Source: a virus (taxonomy: Duplodnaviria > Caudoviricetes). From it: a DNA stretch of 64,000 nt. Below are positions 23,478 through 32,949 of the stretch, piece after piece. The stretch's first letter is position 1. Every line of letters starts with the position of its first letter. Below the pieces are notes generated by a model. It was not told the DNA's origin and ran no database searches. It saw only the letters and a program-made list of their open reading frames with translations. The stretch covers positions 96,001 through 160,000 of IMG/VR virus record IMGVR_UViG_3300027804_000001. One strand, given 5' to 3'. Made by a program: the position numbers and the translations under genes.

Positions 23478-24209
23478 TTAATGGGACCAATAACCAACAT
23501 CTTGTTTAAACCACTCTATATTATCCCTGTGAATATAATTAAGAATGATTAGTTTTAACATACCAATATATCCCATCTTCTTGAACCTTCTATCATCCTG
23601 ACCATACTTCATTTTAGATATATGAAATCTCTTGGGGTTATATTGTTTGGATAGATGGTAGTCCTCTGAGTTATTAAGTGTCTCATCAAACATACCATAA
23701 GTCATAAACTTACTGGTCTTTGTCATAAAGTATCCACCCACAGCAAATGGGGTTTTAATAGATATGAATCTATTCATTAGATTGAATATTCTGAATCCAA
23801 TATTGGTTCTTATATCCTTTCCCACCGATTTTACACAACAAGTTAATAAATCCAATTTTTTGGAGTTCATTAGATTGGTGTTGTAAGTAAGATTATTGGA
23901 ATCTAATAGTGGACTATCTCCGTCCATAAATAAAATATACTTAGTCTTTACAAGTTTTGCTCCGTTGTTTCTTCCTGTTGCAACCCTCCCACCATCAATA
24001 AGTTCAATGTTAATAACATCCTTAAGGGTTTCTTTTAGAGTTTGAACAATGTTTCTAGTATTATCCGTGCTAAATCCATCACTTACAATAACCCTTAGAC
24101 CCTTTACATTATTCTGTCTAACTATGGACAGTATCGTCCTCTCAATGTACTTCTCCTCATTATAGGTGGGAATGACAATGGTTAGTTTATCCTTTAAATT
24201 TGTGAACAT
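23478..24209 (-). CDS. glycosyltransferase family 2
   Basis: IVIPTYNEE, SDGFSTD, GRNNGA, FMDGD. Confidence 0.85.
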   Translation of the reverse strand: MFTNLKDKLTIVIPTYNEEKYIERTILSIVRQNNVKGLRVIVSDGFSTDNTRNIVQTLKETLKDVINIELIDGGRVATGRNNGAKLVKTKYILFMDGDSPLLDSNNLTYNTNLMNSKKLDLLTCCVKSVGKDIRTNIGFRIFNLMNRFISIKTPFAVGGYFMTKTSKFMTYGMFDETLNNSEDYHLSKQYNPKRFHISKMKYGQDDRRFKKMGYIGMLKLIILNYIHRDNIEWFKQDVGYWSH

Positions 24210-24879
24210 GGTACTTTCCGTTGTTGTAGATAATGTATGAATTATTTTCAATCCAATCCCCGCAGTTTAGATACCTAATATCATCAATCATTCTATCCTC
24301 AGGATGATGAATATGACCGGAGATTACAGTTGTACAATGATGTTTTCTGGCTTGTCTGGTAAGTTCCAATTCATATTGGGTGATGAACTTAACCGCCTCT
24401 TTTACTTTATTCTTTAAGAACTTAGATAAGGACCTTTTCATTCCGAGATTCTTTAGAAATCTATCAATGGATATAGCCAAATCATAACCAACACTACCAA
24501 GAACTCCTAACCATTTTAATTTAACCACCCCATCATATAAATCCCCATGGGTGATGAATGTGTTGTTCCAAATGTATTCGTTATGGATTTCCACATTACC
24601 AAAAGAAAACTCCCCATATTCCCTTAGAAACTGGTCATGGTTACCCGGTATATATATTACCTTTGTCCCATTCTTTGAATGAGATAATATCTTTCTTAAT
24701 ACATTTGTATGAGATTGTGGCCAACGGAACTTTCGCTTTAATAACCACCCGTCAATGATATCACCAACCAAAAAAAGATAACTGGGTTGATATTGTTTTA
24801 GAATCTCTAAAACCTGTTCAGCATTGGAACCCTTTGAACCCAGATGAACATCTGAGATGAATAATGCTTCTATCTTCAT
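24187..24879 (-). CDS. UDP-2,3-diacylglucosamine hydrolase (LpxH)-like metallophosphoesterase
   Basis: SDVHLG, GDIIDGW, GNHD, HGD, GHIH, NCGDW. Confidence 0.85.
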   Translation of the reverse strand: MKIEALFISDVHLGSKGSNAEQVLEILKQYQPSYLFLVGDIIDGWLLKRKFRWPQSHTNVLRKILSHSKNGTKVIYIPGNHDQFLREYGEFSFGNVEIHNEYIWNNTFITHGDLYDGVVKLKWLGVLGSVGYDLAISIDRFLKNLGMKRSLSKFLKNKVKEAVKFITQYELELTRQARKHHCTTVISGHIHHPEDRMIDDIRYLNCGDWIENNSYIIYNNGKYHVHKFKG

Positions 24880-25107
24880 CCTGATAAATAGTCCTCCGGA
24901 ACCGGAACGGAGATTAATATATTATTATCCACTTCCGAGATTGTCATTTATTTTGTTTTGAAATCGTTTTCCAATTGACTCATTCTCTTTTCAAGTTCAA
25001 CAACCCTCGAAACTGTGGTACTATTCTTAAGTTTGTCCTCCAAATCCCTGAGTCTTCTTTCAAGTTTCTCCACCCTCAGTATCAATTCCTCCTGTCTATC
25101 CCTCATA

Positions 25108-25392
25108 TCAATCCACCATATGGTATTTCGAATTTCTATAGTCCATTTTCTCTTGATAATCCTTCTTCCAATTATCTATAATCTCCTCGGCTTGTGACTT
25201 ATATTGAAACGGGTATGATCCTGACTTCCATACCTTAAATGGTAAGTAGAAGTAGTTTGTTCTATACCACACCCTTTTTTGTGGTAAGTAGTAGGTTGTT
25301 CCATTATATACCCACGATTCTATTCGGTACTTTGGTTTCCCCTCTGATGTCATCACTCCCAATAACATCAGCACTAACAATAGTTTTTTCAT
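25108..25392 (-). CDS. secreted hypothetical protein
   Basis: Signal peptide. Confidence 0.7.
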   Translation of the reverse strand: MKKLLLVLMLLGVMTSEGKPKYRIESWVYNGTTYYLPQKRVWYRTNYFYLPFKVWKSGSYPFQYKSQAEEIIDNWKKDYQEKMDYRNSKYHMVD

Positions 25393-25463
25393 TATAGTTA
25401 AAATATAATAAAAATTTCTATTATTTCAAAATATACTTATCTTTGTATTTAAATTAAAAGACC

Positions 25464-25574
25464 ATGGCCAAAGTTAAAATCAAAACAATCTACAAACACA
25501 CCAGAGTTTCCAAGAAAGGAAAGATGTCCACCGTTAAGACCCACAAGAGAAACGTGGCCAGAAAGAAAGGGTAA
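25464..25574 (+). CDS. tiny basic protein, 36 aa (not in track)
   Basis: MAKVKIKTIYKHTRVSKKGKMSTVKTHKRNVARKKG; TATCTTTG at 25438-25445. Confidence 0.65.
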   Translation: MAKVKIKTIYKHTRVSKKGKMSTVKTHKRNVARKKG

Positions 25575-25607
25575 TCGTTGATTTACCGTCCCACCGGAAC
25601 CGGGACA

Positions 25608-25799
25608 TTATTCTGTGATGTCTTCTATTTTATAAATTATGGTTCTTGATATTGGGAAATAAGCAACAACCTCACCTTTTCCATCGGGGTAATTTACAAA
25701 CTCATATAAACCAGCACTACTGATACTGATTGATTGAGCCCGAATAACATAACTTGAATTATTTGTTTCCGTAATAACTTTAATGTGATATGATTTCAT
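25608..25799 (-). CDS. hypothetical protein
   Basis: 63-aa ORF. Confidence 0.7.
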   Translation of the reverse strand: MKSYHIKVITETNNSSYVIRAQSISISSAGLYEFVNYPDGKGEVVAYFPISRTIIYKIEDITE

Positions 25800-25804
25800 A
25801 TTGT

Positions 25805-26404
25805 TTAATTTAAACTATTTGGATAATATAATAACGTCGGGTTCTTTTTTTGAATGTCGATGTTTGGATATGTTTTTTTAAACTCCTCCACATCAAATCT
25901 ACTGGTGATGATATGATAACCATCTTTGGTTGGAATCTTTAAATAAATCTTATTACCATCAGGACGACATTTATTAATGGTTTCATTAATATCTAAGACC
26001 ACATTTATATCTTTTGTGTCCACATCTACTATCCATCTCTTCTCATTTGTTTTTAGTTGACCAACAACCGAATCAAATAAATTCTTTTGAACATGTTGAT
26101 TGTCCTTAATTCTTTGTGCCAGTGACATCATCATTTCCAATGAAACATCTTTGTGATTTTGTTTCTGAACATGAATGTATGCTCTCGCTTTAAAAGTTTC
26201 ACACAGTAGTTTAATCTCCTCATATCTCTTCTCCAAATATTGAACACTATCAATGCAGTATGTCTTAATGGTTCTAACCGACTGATGATTATCTCTTTCA
26301 TCTTCTGGTTGATCCTTCTTACGTTTGAAAACATATAACATGTAAAAATCGTTCTCATCATCAAAGTTGAGTAACGGTTTTATAAGTTCAATATTGTCTA
26401 TCAT
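25805..26404 (-). CDS. conserved phage protein, possible divergent AEP primase-like
   Basis: WIVDVD and TKDGYH motifs. Confidence 0.5.
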   Translation of the reverse strand: MIDNIELIKPLLNFDDENDFYMLYVFKRKKDQPEDERDNHQSVRTIKTYCIDSVQYLEKRYEEIKLLCETFKARAYIHVQKQNHKDVSLEMMMSLAQRIKDNQHVQKNLFDSVVGQLKTNEKRWIVDVDTKDINVVLDINETINKCRPDGNKIYLKIPTKDGYHIITSRFDVEEFKKTYPNIDIQKKNPTLLYYPNSLN

Positions 26405-26430
26405 ATTACTTCAGTATTTTAATTTGAAGA

Positions 26431-26646
26431 TTAATAAGGCATCGTAAACTTAACCAAATTTTCTGTTTTCATTTCAACCTTCGTTGTGGTTGGTTCAATA
26501 GGTTCACAATTATTACAATGATAAACTATTTCGAAATGATTTGGTGAATGACATTCACATTTAATCACATAACGATAATAAGTCCTATTGATTGGACCTT
26601 CTTTTTTGCATTGAGGACAAGTGCCCCATTCCATTTCTCCTGACAT
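26431..26646 (-). CDS. small Cys-rich (zinc-binding) protein
   Basis: Start reassigned to MSGEME (track start overlaps tRNA); CPQC, CEC, CNNC. Confidence 0.7.
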   Translation of the reverse strand: MSGEMEWGTCPQCKKEGPINRTYYRYVIKCECHSPNHFEIVYHCNNCEPIEPTTTKVEMKTENLVKFTMPY

Positions 26647-26666
26647 AATTTTAATTAATTTGTGTG

Positions 26667-26739
26667 TGGTCAGAATGGGACTCGAACCCATAACCTTGAC
26701 TGTATAAGAGTCCTGCGCTCACCATTGCGCCACCTGACC
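26667..26739 (-). tRNA. trnI: tRNA-Ile, anticodon UAU (CCA not encoded)
   Basis: Acceptor GGTCAGG/TCTGACC, D stem GCGC/GCGC, loop CT-TAT-AC, T arm ATGGG-TTCGAGT-CCCAT. Confidence 0.9.
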
Positions 26740-26778
26740 TTATACATAAAATAAGAAAAAAATTTTGAAATAAAAAAT

Positions 26779-26967
26779 CTAATTGAATTGTTGTGATAAC
26801 TCTATGTGTTGTTCGACTCTTTCTAATGTTACTTCACTCTCTGACAACACTCTAAAGGGTGTACCATTAAACGATTCCGATGTTACAACATAATGAAGAA
26901 TATCTCCTTCAGAATCTAAAACTTCTTTGATTTGAACTGTGTGAACACCTAATACTTTTTCTGTCAT
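26779..26967 (-). CDS. hypothetical protein
   Basis: 62-aa ORF. Confidence 0.65.
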   Translation of the reverse strand: MTEKVLGVHTVQIKEVLDSEGDILHYVVTSESFNGTPFRVLSESEVTLERVEQHIELSQQFN

Positions 26968-26969
26968 GA

Positions 26970-27710
26970 TTATAAATATTTAATATATTGTTTTATATGA
27001 TTATAAAATTTATCAGCAACAACAACATGACCCGACTCCCCAAAGTGATGGTCATTCACTAGATTTTTTGTTTCTTCGAATATTCTTTGACCACCGTTAT
27101 TGTGTACGTAATCAAATATTGTCCCGTCAGACTCCTTCAACAAATATCTTTCTGAATATGTTAATTTATCCTTGTTTAAACATATCTCTGTGTTCCCTAG
27201 AGTCATATAATATGGTAAAAAAATTCTACCATCACATTCCCAATAGAAAACATTGAAACCTATTATTTTTGAAAAATAATCAATTAAATCTACCCACTCA
27301 TAAATGTGTTTTATGTAAAGATAGTTCGACGGGTTATGTGACCTATGTATTAATATTTCATTGTGTGTTTTTTCAGATATATCCATTTTTTCTGAATACA
27401 TATGTTGGTAATGGTCCCAATCATTTTTTATTCTATCTATCCACATAAATCTTTCAATGAATGTCCATCCAATTATTACAATATCACCCTTCTTAATTTC
27501 TTTTAGATGTTTCACTAATTGCATCATTATACTATCATTACCACAACCAGGGATTGAGTGGTTTTCCAACCCAAAATTTAATTTTTGTGATAATATTTCA
27601 GACCATGTTAATGGAAATGTTCCATTTCTATAATCCCTATATTCCCTATAAGTAAAAGTTTGATTATGGTATAATGCAGAATTACTACAACCAAAAACGA
27701 ATAGTCTCAT
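26970..27710 (-). CDS. SGNH-like hydrolase
   Basis: FGCSNS, NHSIPGCGN, DHHFGESGH. Confidence 0.65.
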   Translation of the reverse strand: MRLFVFGCSNSALYHNQTFTYREYRDYRNGTFPLTWSEILSQKLNFGLENHSIPGCGNDSIMMQLVKHLKEIKKGDIVIIGWTFIERFMWIDRIKNDWDHYQHMYSEKMDISEKTHNEILIHRSHNPSNYLYIKHIYEWVDLIDYFSKIIGFNVFYWECDGRIFLPYYMTLGNTEICLNKDKLTYSERYLLKESDGTIFDYVHNNGGQRIFEETKNLVNDHHFGESGHVVVADKFYNHIKQYIKYL

Positions 27711-27711
27711 A

Positions 27712-28377
27712 TTAATAAAATTTTCTCAATACTTGAATCACATCCCACGCATCTTCTAAAGCGTTGTGAGTAACAATCCCTTCAACATTAGTTCGTTCCT
27801 TACAAGTTGTTAGTGATGGAAGTGACGTATCGTTCTTCCAATCGACACAAAGAATTGCCGGATCTAATACTCTTTGCCTTGTTCTAATTAATTTTTGCCA
27901 CCAAGGAAGTTGTTGTAGGAATAATTTGTCGAATGTACCAAAGTTTTTACCTGCAACATTTATTGTTATTGGTTTAGTTGCACTATTAATAATAGGTCTT
28001 AGATAACCATCTTTAATTTGAACATATCCACCACTATTATTTCCTTGAAAATTACCATTCTCTTCTAAGAAATAATAAAACTCTTTTACTACCTCATCCT
28101 CTTTAAAGTATTCATACATTGTTACTTTCTTACAATCCTCTTTAACCTCATCATTACCCTCAAGGTATCTACCCATATAACTAATGATTTGAGAATTCAT
28201 TTCGATTGCTCTTGGCGAACCAACAATTTCATTTTGAAGAACGATAGCATTAAACTTTGGACATTCTTCAAATGATAATTTCTTTTCAGTATCTTCGATG
28301 ATTGCACCGATAGATAATACTTTGTGTTTCTCGTGGTCAAGACCAGATGTTTCGATATCTATTGAAACGTAAATCAT
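27712..28377 (-). CDS. DEDDh 3'-5' exonuclease
   Basis: IDIETSG, NFGTFD, HNALEDA. Confidence 0.85.
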   Translation of the reverse strand: MIYVSIDIETSGLDHEKHKVLSIGAIIEDTEKKLSFEECPKFNAIVLQNEIVGSPRAIEMNSQIISYMGRYLEGNDEVKEDCKKVTMYEYFKEDEVVKEFYYFLEENGNFQGNNSGGYVQIKDGYLRPIINSATKPITINVAGKNFGTFDKLFLQQLPWWQKLIRTRQRVLDPAILCVDWKNDTSLPSLTTCKERTNVEGIVTHNALEDAWDVIQVLRKFY

Positions 28378-28388
28378 GTTGTTATTGT

Positions 28389-28694
28389 TTAGTATTTACT
28401 TCTACCTCGTCCTAACTTTTCTAAATCAGAATAGGAACCACCTTCGGATTTTCTGGTTGGTGGATTGTAGTATTTCTTTAACCATTCCCAAGGTGTTAAG
28501 GCATCTGTAAAAGGACCACCAAACACAGGGTATTCATCTTTTTGATATTCTTCTTCAATCTCTTCCCATGTTTCAGTTTCTAAGATAGACATTATCTCTC
28601 TTGTCAATGTACCAGCAGTTTTAGTACCATCATTAGTCCATTTGATAATTGCAGTTTCAATGTCTCGATACAATTTTACTTGATGTTCTTTCAT
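28389..28694 (-). CDS. hypothetical protein
   Basis: 101-aa ORF. Confidence 0.75.
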   Translation of the reverse strand: MKEHQVKLYRDIETAIIKWTNDGTKTAGTLTREIMSILETETWEEIEEEYQKDEYPVFGGPFTDALTPWEWLKKYYNPPTRKSEGGSYSDLEKLGRGRSKY

Positions 28695-28705
28695 AAGAAT
28701 TAGAT

Positions 28706-28918
28706 TTATTTAATGTGTCTGTTGGTCCACAACTCTTTATCTGTTACTAACATTTTAAATAACCATTTAAAAGCAACAAATTGTTCTTGAAATCCACCCA
28801 CAGTGTTTGGGTTTTCAATTCTAAATTGTTCCCAAAGTTCTTGGAATTCTTTGTTCTCTTTATCTTTTTCTAAAACTTCGGCTTGTCTGATGAGTTCGTT
28901 GTACTGTGATGGTGTCAT
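28706..28918 (-). CDS. hypothetical protein
   Basis: 70-aa ORF. Confidence 0.7.
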   Translation of the reverse strand: MTPSQYNELIRQAEVLEKDKENKEFQELWEQFRIENPNTVGGFQEQFVAFKWLFKMLVTDKELWTNRHIK

Positions 28919-28919
28919 A

Positions 28920-29348
28920 TTATTTAATTAAAGTTATTTCAACGTTTTTTAATTTAACAGGTTTGTGGTCTTCATCTACTAAAATATCAATTGTCTTTTT
29001 ATATCTCTTATTCATAAGATCCTTAATGGTGTAGACACCATTATATCTTCCCGCCTTTCTTATTCTAACTTTCTTATTAAATCCCCAACCATTTCTTTTT
29101 AAGTCTCTTGATACGGCAATAATCCTATGTTTAGATGGATTGTCAATATCAATTTTGAAACCGGATGCAGTTAAATCGGGTGTGGAATCTGTTTCTGAAT
29201 TGGTGGGAGAATATATTGTCATTGTTACCTTCTCTTTCCAAACATTTTTAATTTCCTTTGTTATGATGTTATCTGTTATACCAAAAGAAATAAAATTACC
29301 TACCGTTTGGGGTATTAGAAATAAGAATATGACTATTATTAGTCTCAT
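28920..29348 (-). CDS. 3D-domain (lytic transglycosylase-like) secreted protein
   Basis: TIYS..TDSTP..TASG...IAVSRD...KD.M...IDIL. Confidence 0.7.
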   Translation of the reverse strand: MRLIIVIFLFLIPQTVGNFISFGITDNIITKEIKNVWKEKVTMTIYSPTNSETDSTPDLTASGFKIDIDNPSKHRIIAVSRDLKRNGWGFNKKVRIRKAGRYNGVYTIKDLMNKRYKKTIDILVDEDHKPVKLKNVEITLIK

Positions 29349-29542
29349 ACCGTAAAGGTAAAGATAATTTTTGATATCACAAAAAAATTAAAGAAATATT
29401 ATTAAAATAATATAATAAAAATATTATTTTATTTCATCGTTACCTTCGTTTACCCACTTGTCTAAAAGGTAACATCCGACAAAGTAACCAATTAACATAC
29501 CTAATACTATGATTGCAATTAACATATAATGATAAATATGTT

Positions 29543-30187
29543 TTATAATAGATTAATTTCTTTTTTTAATATCTTATTTAAAAAGATGTTTGATAATTCC
29601 TTTTGTCCTATTTCACTATGATGAGTATCCTCAATTTTGTTTTTAGTTTCTTTTGAAATGGTTGTTATATTTTTAATAATGGTAGCATTAATCTTTGTTT
29701 TTTGATGTGCCGACCAATGAATCACCGTACAATTCTTATATGCTAAATCAATTAATTTAATCCAAGAATTAACTTCATTGGTGTATTTGTCTTCGAAATC
29801 ATGTCTATTAACAGCAAAAATATCTAACATATCCATGTTAAATTCTTCGAATTTGTTTAATCTTAAAAATGGTAATATTGGTATCCATTCACCATTTTGT
29901 TTAACCATTCTAAATCTATTGATGTGTGACCAACCAATTATAATTAAATCACCATCAGTTACTTTATCTGTTATATTACAAACATTCTCCATTATAGAAT
30001 AGTTATCTAATCCACCTTTGGCATTGATTACGCAATTCATTCCTAAAGTCTCTGCTATTATATTGGAGAACATTTTAGGTTCATAGCCTTTATAATTTAT
30101 ATAATCGTCACATACCTTATATGGTTTATCACCATATGGGGTTGAAAAACTATCACCGAATGACCATAATGTATTTTTTTCACTCAT
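29543..30187 (-). CDS. SGNH-like hydrolase
   Basis: FGDSFS, NAKGGLDN, DTHHSEIGQ. Confidence 0.65.
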   Translation of the reverse strand: MSEKNTLWSFGDSFSTPYGDKPYKVCDDYINYKGYEPKMFSNIIAETLGMNCVINAKGGLDNYSIMENVCNITDKVTDGDLIIIGWSHINRFRMVKQNGEWIPILPFLRLNKFEEFNMDMLDIFAVNRHDFEDKYTNEVNSWIKLIDLAYKNCTVIHWSAHQKTKINATIIKNITTISKETKNKIEDTHHSEIGQKELSNIFLNKILKKEINLL

Positions 30188-30384
30188 CTTCTTCTTAAAA
30201 ATATAAAAACTGGTGAGTTATCACTTTTACCAACTCTTACTTTCTTTCTATGTTTATTTGGTTGATACTTATTTTGTGAAAGATTATGATGTCTCATACC
30301 TGAACCAACAATATATAATTCAGGATTACATGATGTGGTCATAATTGATAATAGAATTATAACCAATGATATTTTATATTTCAT
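30184..30384 (-). CDS. small putative lipoprotein
   Basis: TTSC lipobox-like motif. Confidence 0.55.
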   Translation of the reverse strand: MKYKISLVIILLSIMTTSCNPELYIVGSGMRHHNLSQNKYQPNKHRKKVRVGKSDNSPVFIFLRRR

Positions 30385-30442
30385 ATCACAAAATTACTAC
30401 TTATTATTTAGAATATAACAAATTTTCATTAAATTATAAATT

Positions 30443-31456
30443 ATGAAAGGATTAGTTTTTGCAGGATGTTCCTATACTTGGGGACAAGGATTATATTTTT
30501 ATTCAGATTTAAATCATATACCAAGTTTTGATAATTGGGTATATGATTACTCAGTAATGACGGACGCATTAATAAGGTACAAAGATACTACACGGTTTTC
30601 AAGACTGGTTGCAAATCATTATAATACATTTGAGGTGTGTAAATTCACAAACGGTGGGAGTGATTTAACAAGTTTAGATTTTCTAAGAAAAATATTTGAT
30701 AAATACGAAGAACCGGTTAATGACGGAGGTCATCTTAGAATGTGTGATTGGTTATCGAGAGAAAATTATTATTTTGATGATATTGAATATATTATATTTC
30801 AAACAACGCAACCCTATAGATCATGTTATCCTTTTACATATAATAATGAACAATATTTTATCTATCCTAAACCAGAATTAGAAGGAATACAAAGTGTAAC
30901 AAAAATATTTGATGATGGTGTTGAGAATCCTGTAGAAAACGGATTAGATGATATTTTTTATAATTGGTTGGAAGAAAATAATTACACTGTGGATGATTAT
31001 TTAAATTTACATTTAAAATATTGGGTTAATGAGATTAAATCTCGTTTATTACATTATGAAAGTAAAGGTATTAAAATAAAAATATTGTGTTGGACTAATG
31101 AGTATAGTGATGAAATGGAAAAACATGAATTTTTTAAAGATAAAATTATAGAACTTATACACAACGGGGTTAGATACAAGTGTATATCGGATTTACAAAG
31201 GTCATCTACAAACCTTACCATATCGAGTGATGTTGATGGGTTCAATGGAAATAAACCAAAAGAATCATTAGCTGATTTTCACCCATCTAAATTATGTCAT
31301 GAAATAATTTCCAAAAACATAATAAGGGAAATAGAAAAAGATATGGGAAAATACAATGAAGATAAATCGGAAGAGCTGATAATCGATTACCAACCACCTA
31401 AATTATGTGACGAAATAATTACTGAAAATGTGATAAAGAAAAAACCCTTAATATGA
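30443..31456 (+). CDS. SGNH-like hydrolase
   Basis: FAGCSYTWG, NGGS, DFHPSKLCH. Confidence 0.65.
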   Translation: MKGLVFAGCSYTWGQGLYFYSDLNHIPSFDNWVYDYSVMTDALIRYKDTTRFSRLVANHYNTFEVCKFTNGGSDLTSLDFLRKIFDKYEEPVNDGGHLRMCDWLSRENYYFDDIEYIIFQTTQPYRSCYPFTYNNEQYFIYPKPELEGIQSVTKIFDDGVENPVENGLDDIFYNWLEENNYTVDDYLNLHLKYWVNEIKSRLLHYESKGIKIKILCWTNEYSDEMEKHEFFKDKIIELIHNGVRYKCISDLQRSSTNLTISSDVDGFNGNKPKESLADFHPSKLCHEIISKNIIREIEKDMGKYNEDKSEELIIDYQPPKLCDEIITENVIKKKPLI

Positions 31457-31474
31457 TTAAGGGTTTTTCATATC

Positions 31475-31768
31475 TTACTGTTTTGGTTTTCTTCCTTTTC
31501 TAGAACCTGTTTTAGTAGTTGCCGCCTTTGCTACATCTTTAGTTTGTTTAACTACTTCTTTAGCCGCCCTTGCAACGTCTTTAACTTCTTCTTTTACTTT
31601 TTTGGCTCTTTGTTTCACTTCGACTACAACTTCTTTAGCCACCTCGATTTTTTCTTCTATTTTATCAGGTACACCATTCTTGTCTTCATCTTTGAAAACA
31701 CCAAAAAATTTAGTAGCAACAAACACACCGATTATTGCAACACCTAAGATTAATAAAACTGTTAACAT
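31475..31768 (-). CDS. membrane-anchored charged protein
   Basis: N-terminal TM then K/E/V-rich repeats; TATTTAT upstream. Confidence 0.75.
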   Translation of the reverse strand: MLTVLLILGVAIIGVFVATKFFGVFKDEDKNGVPDKIEEKIEVAKEVVVEVKQRAKKVKEEVKDVARAAKEVVKQTKDVAKAATTKTGSRKGRKPKQ

Positions 31769-31833
31769 AATAGTATTTTATATATAAATATCTCAAAATT
31801 TAGTTAAAACCCATTCTGAAAAAATTCCCGTTT

Positions 31834-32949
31834 TTACCTATCCGGTCCATATTTTTCATAAAATCGAACGTAAGGATTAAATTCAGTATCGTCCTCATAT
31901 AAGAATAGAGCCCTTTCTTTATTTCGTTTAATTTTAGGGAGAATCATATCATATAATTCATAATAATTTTTCCCCCTTATATTTTTCAAATTTTCTATAA
32001 TCCCAAGTGCTCTATCTTCAACATTTTCTAAACTATCAAATGAATAATCAAAAATTTCATCATACAATTCAAATCCATATTTTAAAAGTTCCTTATTTTG
32101 ATTTTTTGCACCAAAACATAAAAATGGTTGTTCGATTAAAATAGGTCTGTATGTTTTTTCTGTCACAAAAGGAAGTTCTTTAGATGTTTCACAAACCAAA
32201 TTCATAAAACAACCTGGATTTAAAATCATATCAGTATATTCATCAGCAAATCCTCTTTCTTTTATTTTATACCCATCAACATTTATTCTTTCTTCTTTCC
32301 AATATTTAAAATCGTAACTTTGTTGATTTTCATATGCTATGATGTCAAAAACACCACTTTCACTAATCAACATGTTCCAAGAATTTATACCATCTTTAAA
32401 TAAATCATGATGAATTAGTTCATCAATCATTATACATCTATGATATCTCGCTTTGTTATTGTAATTTAAATACAACTTATCAAAATTCTTATTAATACAT
32501 AAATCTTGAACTTTCATTGCACCATCCAAACCTCTATGACCTAAATACAAATCCTTTAATGCTTGATATGTGTGTGTTATTAGGTAGGTTGGCCAATAAA
32601 GAAGTTCAAAATTTTTAAAAAGATTATTATAAACACTATATAATTCAGGATAGTGACACCCCAAAATTAAATAAAATTTACAATTATATTCAACTAATAC
32701 TTTGTCTAATTCTAATAGATGTGGATCTAAAATAAAATTTCCTTTATTATCATTCCAACTATGTGTAATCCATTCTGTTGCGGTCTCCAATGGATAGTGA
32801 TAAATTACAACTTCGGGTTTTTTTTCTTTTACTAAATCGATTATCGGTTGAGGTGTTAAATCGTTTTTATTAATCCCCCTGTCAATTATGATACATTTTT
32901 CATTATTGTGGGATTGTAAAAAATATCCTATGTACTCTCTTGGTGTCAT
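31834..32949 (-). CDS. putative glycosyltransferase-like protein (GT10-like C-terminus)
   Basis: NLVCET...VTEKT.RP...PFL..G...GFELY. Confidence 0.5.
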   Translation of the reverse strand: MTPREYIGYFLQSHNNEKCIIIDRGINKNDLTPQPIIDLVKEKKPEVVIYHYPLETATEWITHSWNDNKGNFILDPHLLELDKVLVEYNCKFYLILGCHYPELYSVYNNLFKNFELLYWPTYLITHTYQALKDLYLGHRGLDGAMKVQDLCINKNFDKLYLNYNNKARYHRCIMIDELIHHDLFKDGINSWNMLISESGVFDIIAYENQQSYDFKYWKEERINVDGYKIKERGFADEYTDMILNPGCFMNLVCETSKELPFVTEKTYRPILIEQPFLCFGAKNQNKELLKYGFELYDEIFDYSFDSLENVEDRALGIIENLKNIRGKNYYELYDMILPKIKRNKERALFLYEDDTEFNPYVRFYEKYGPDR

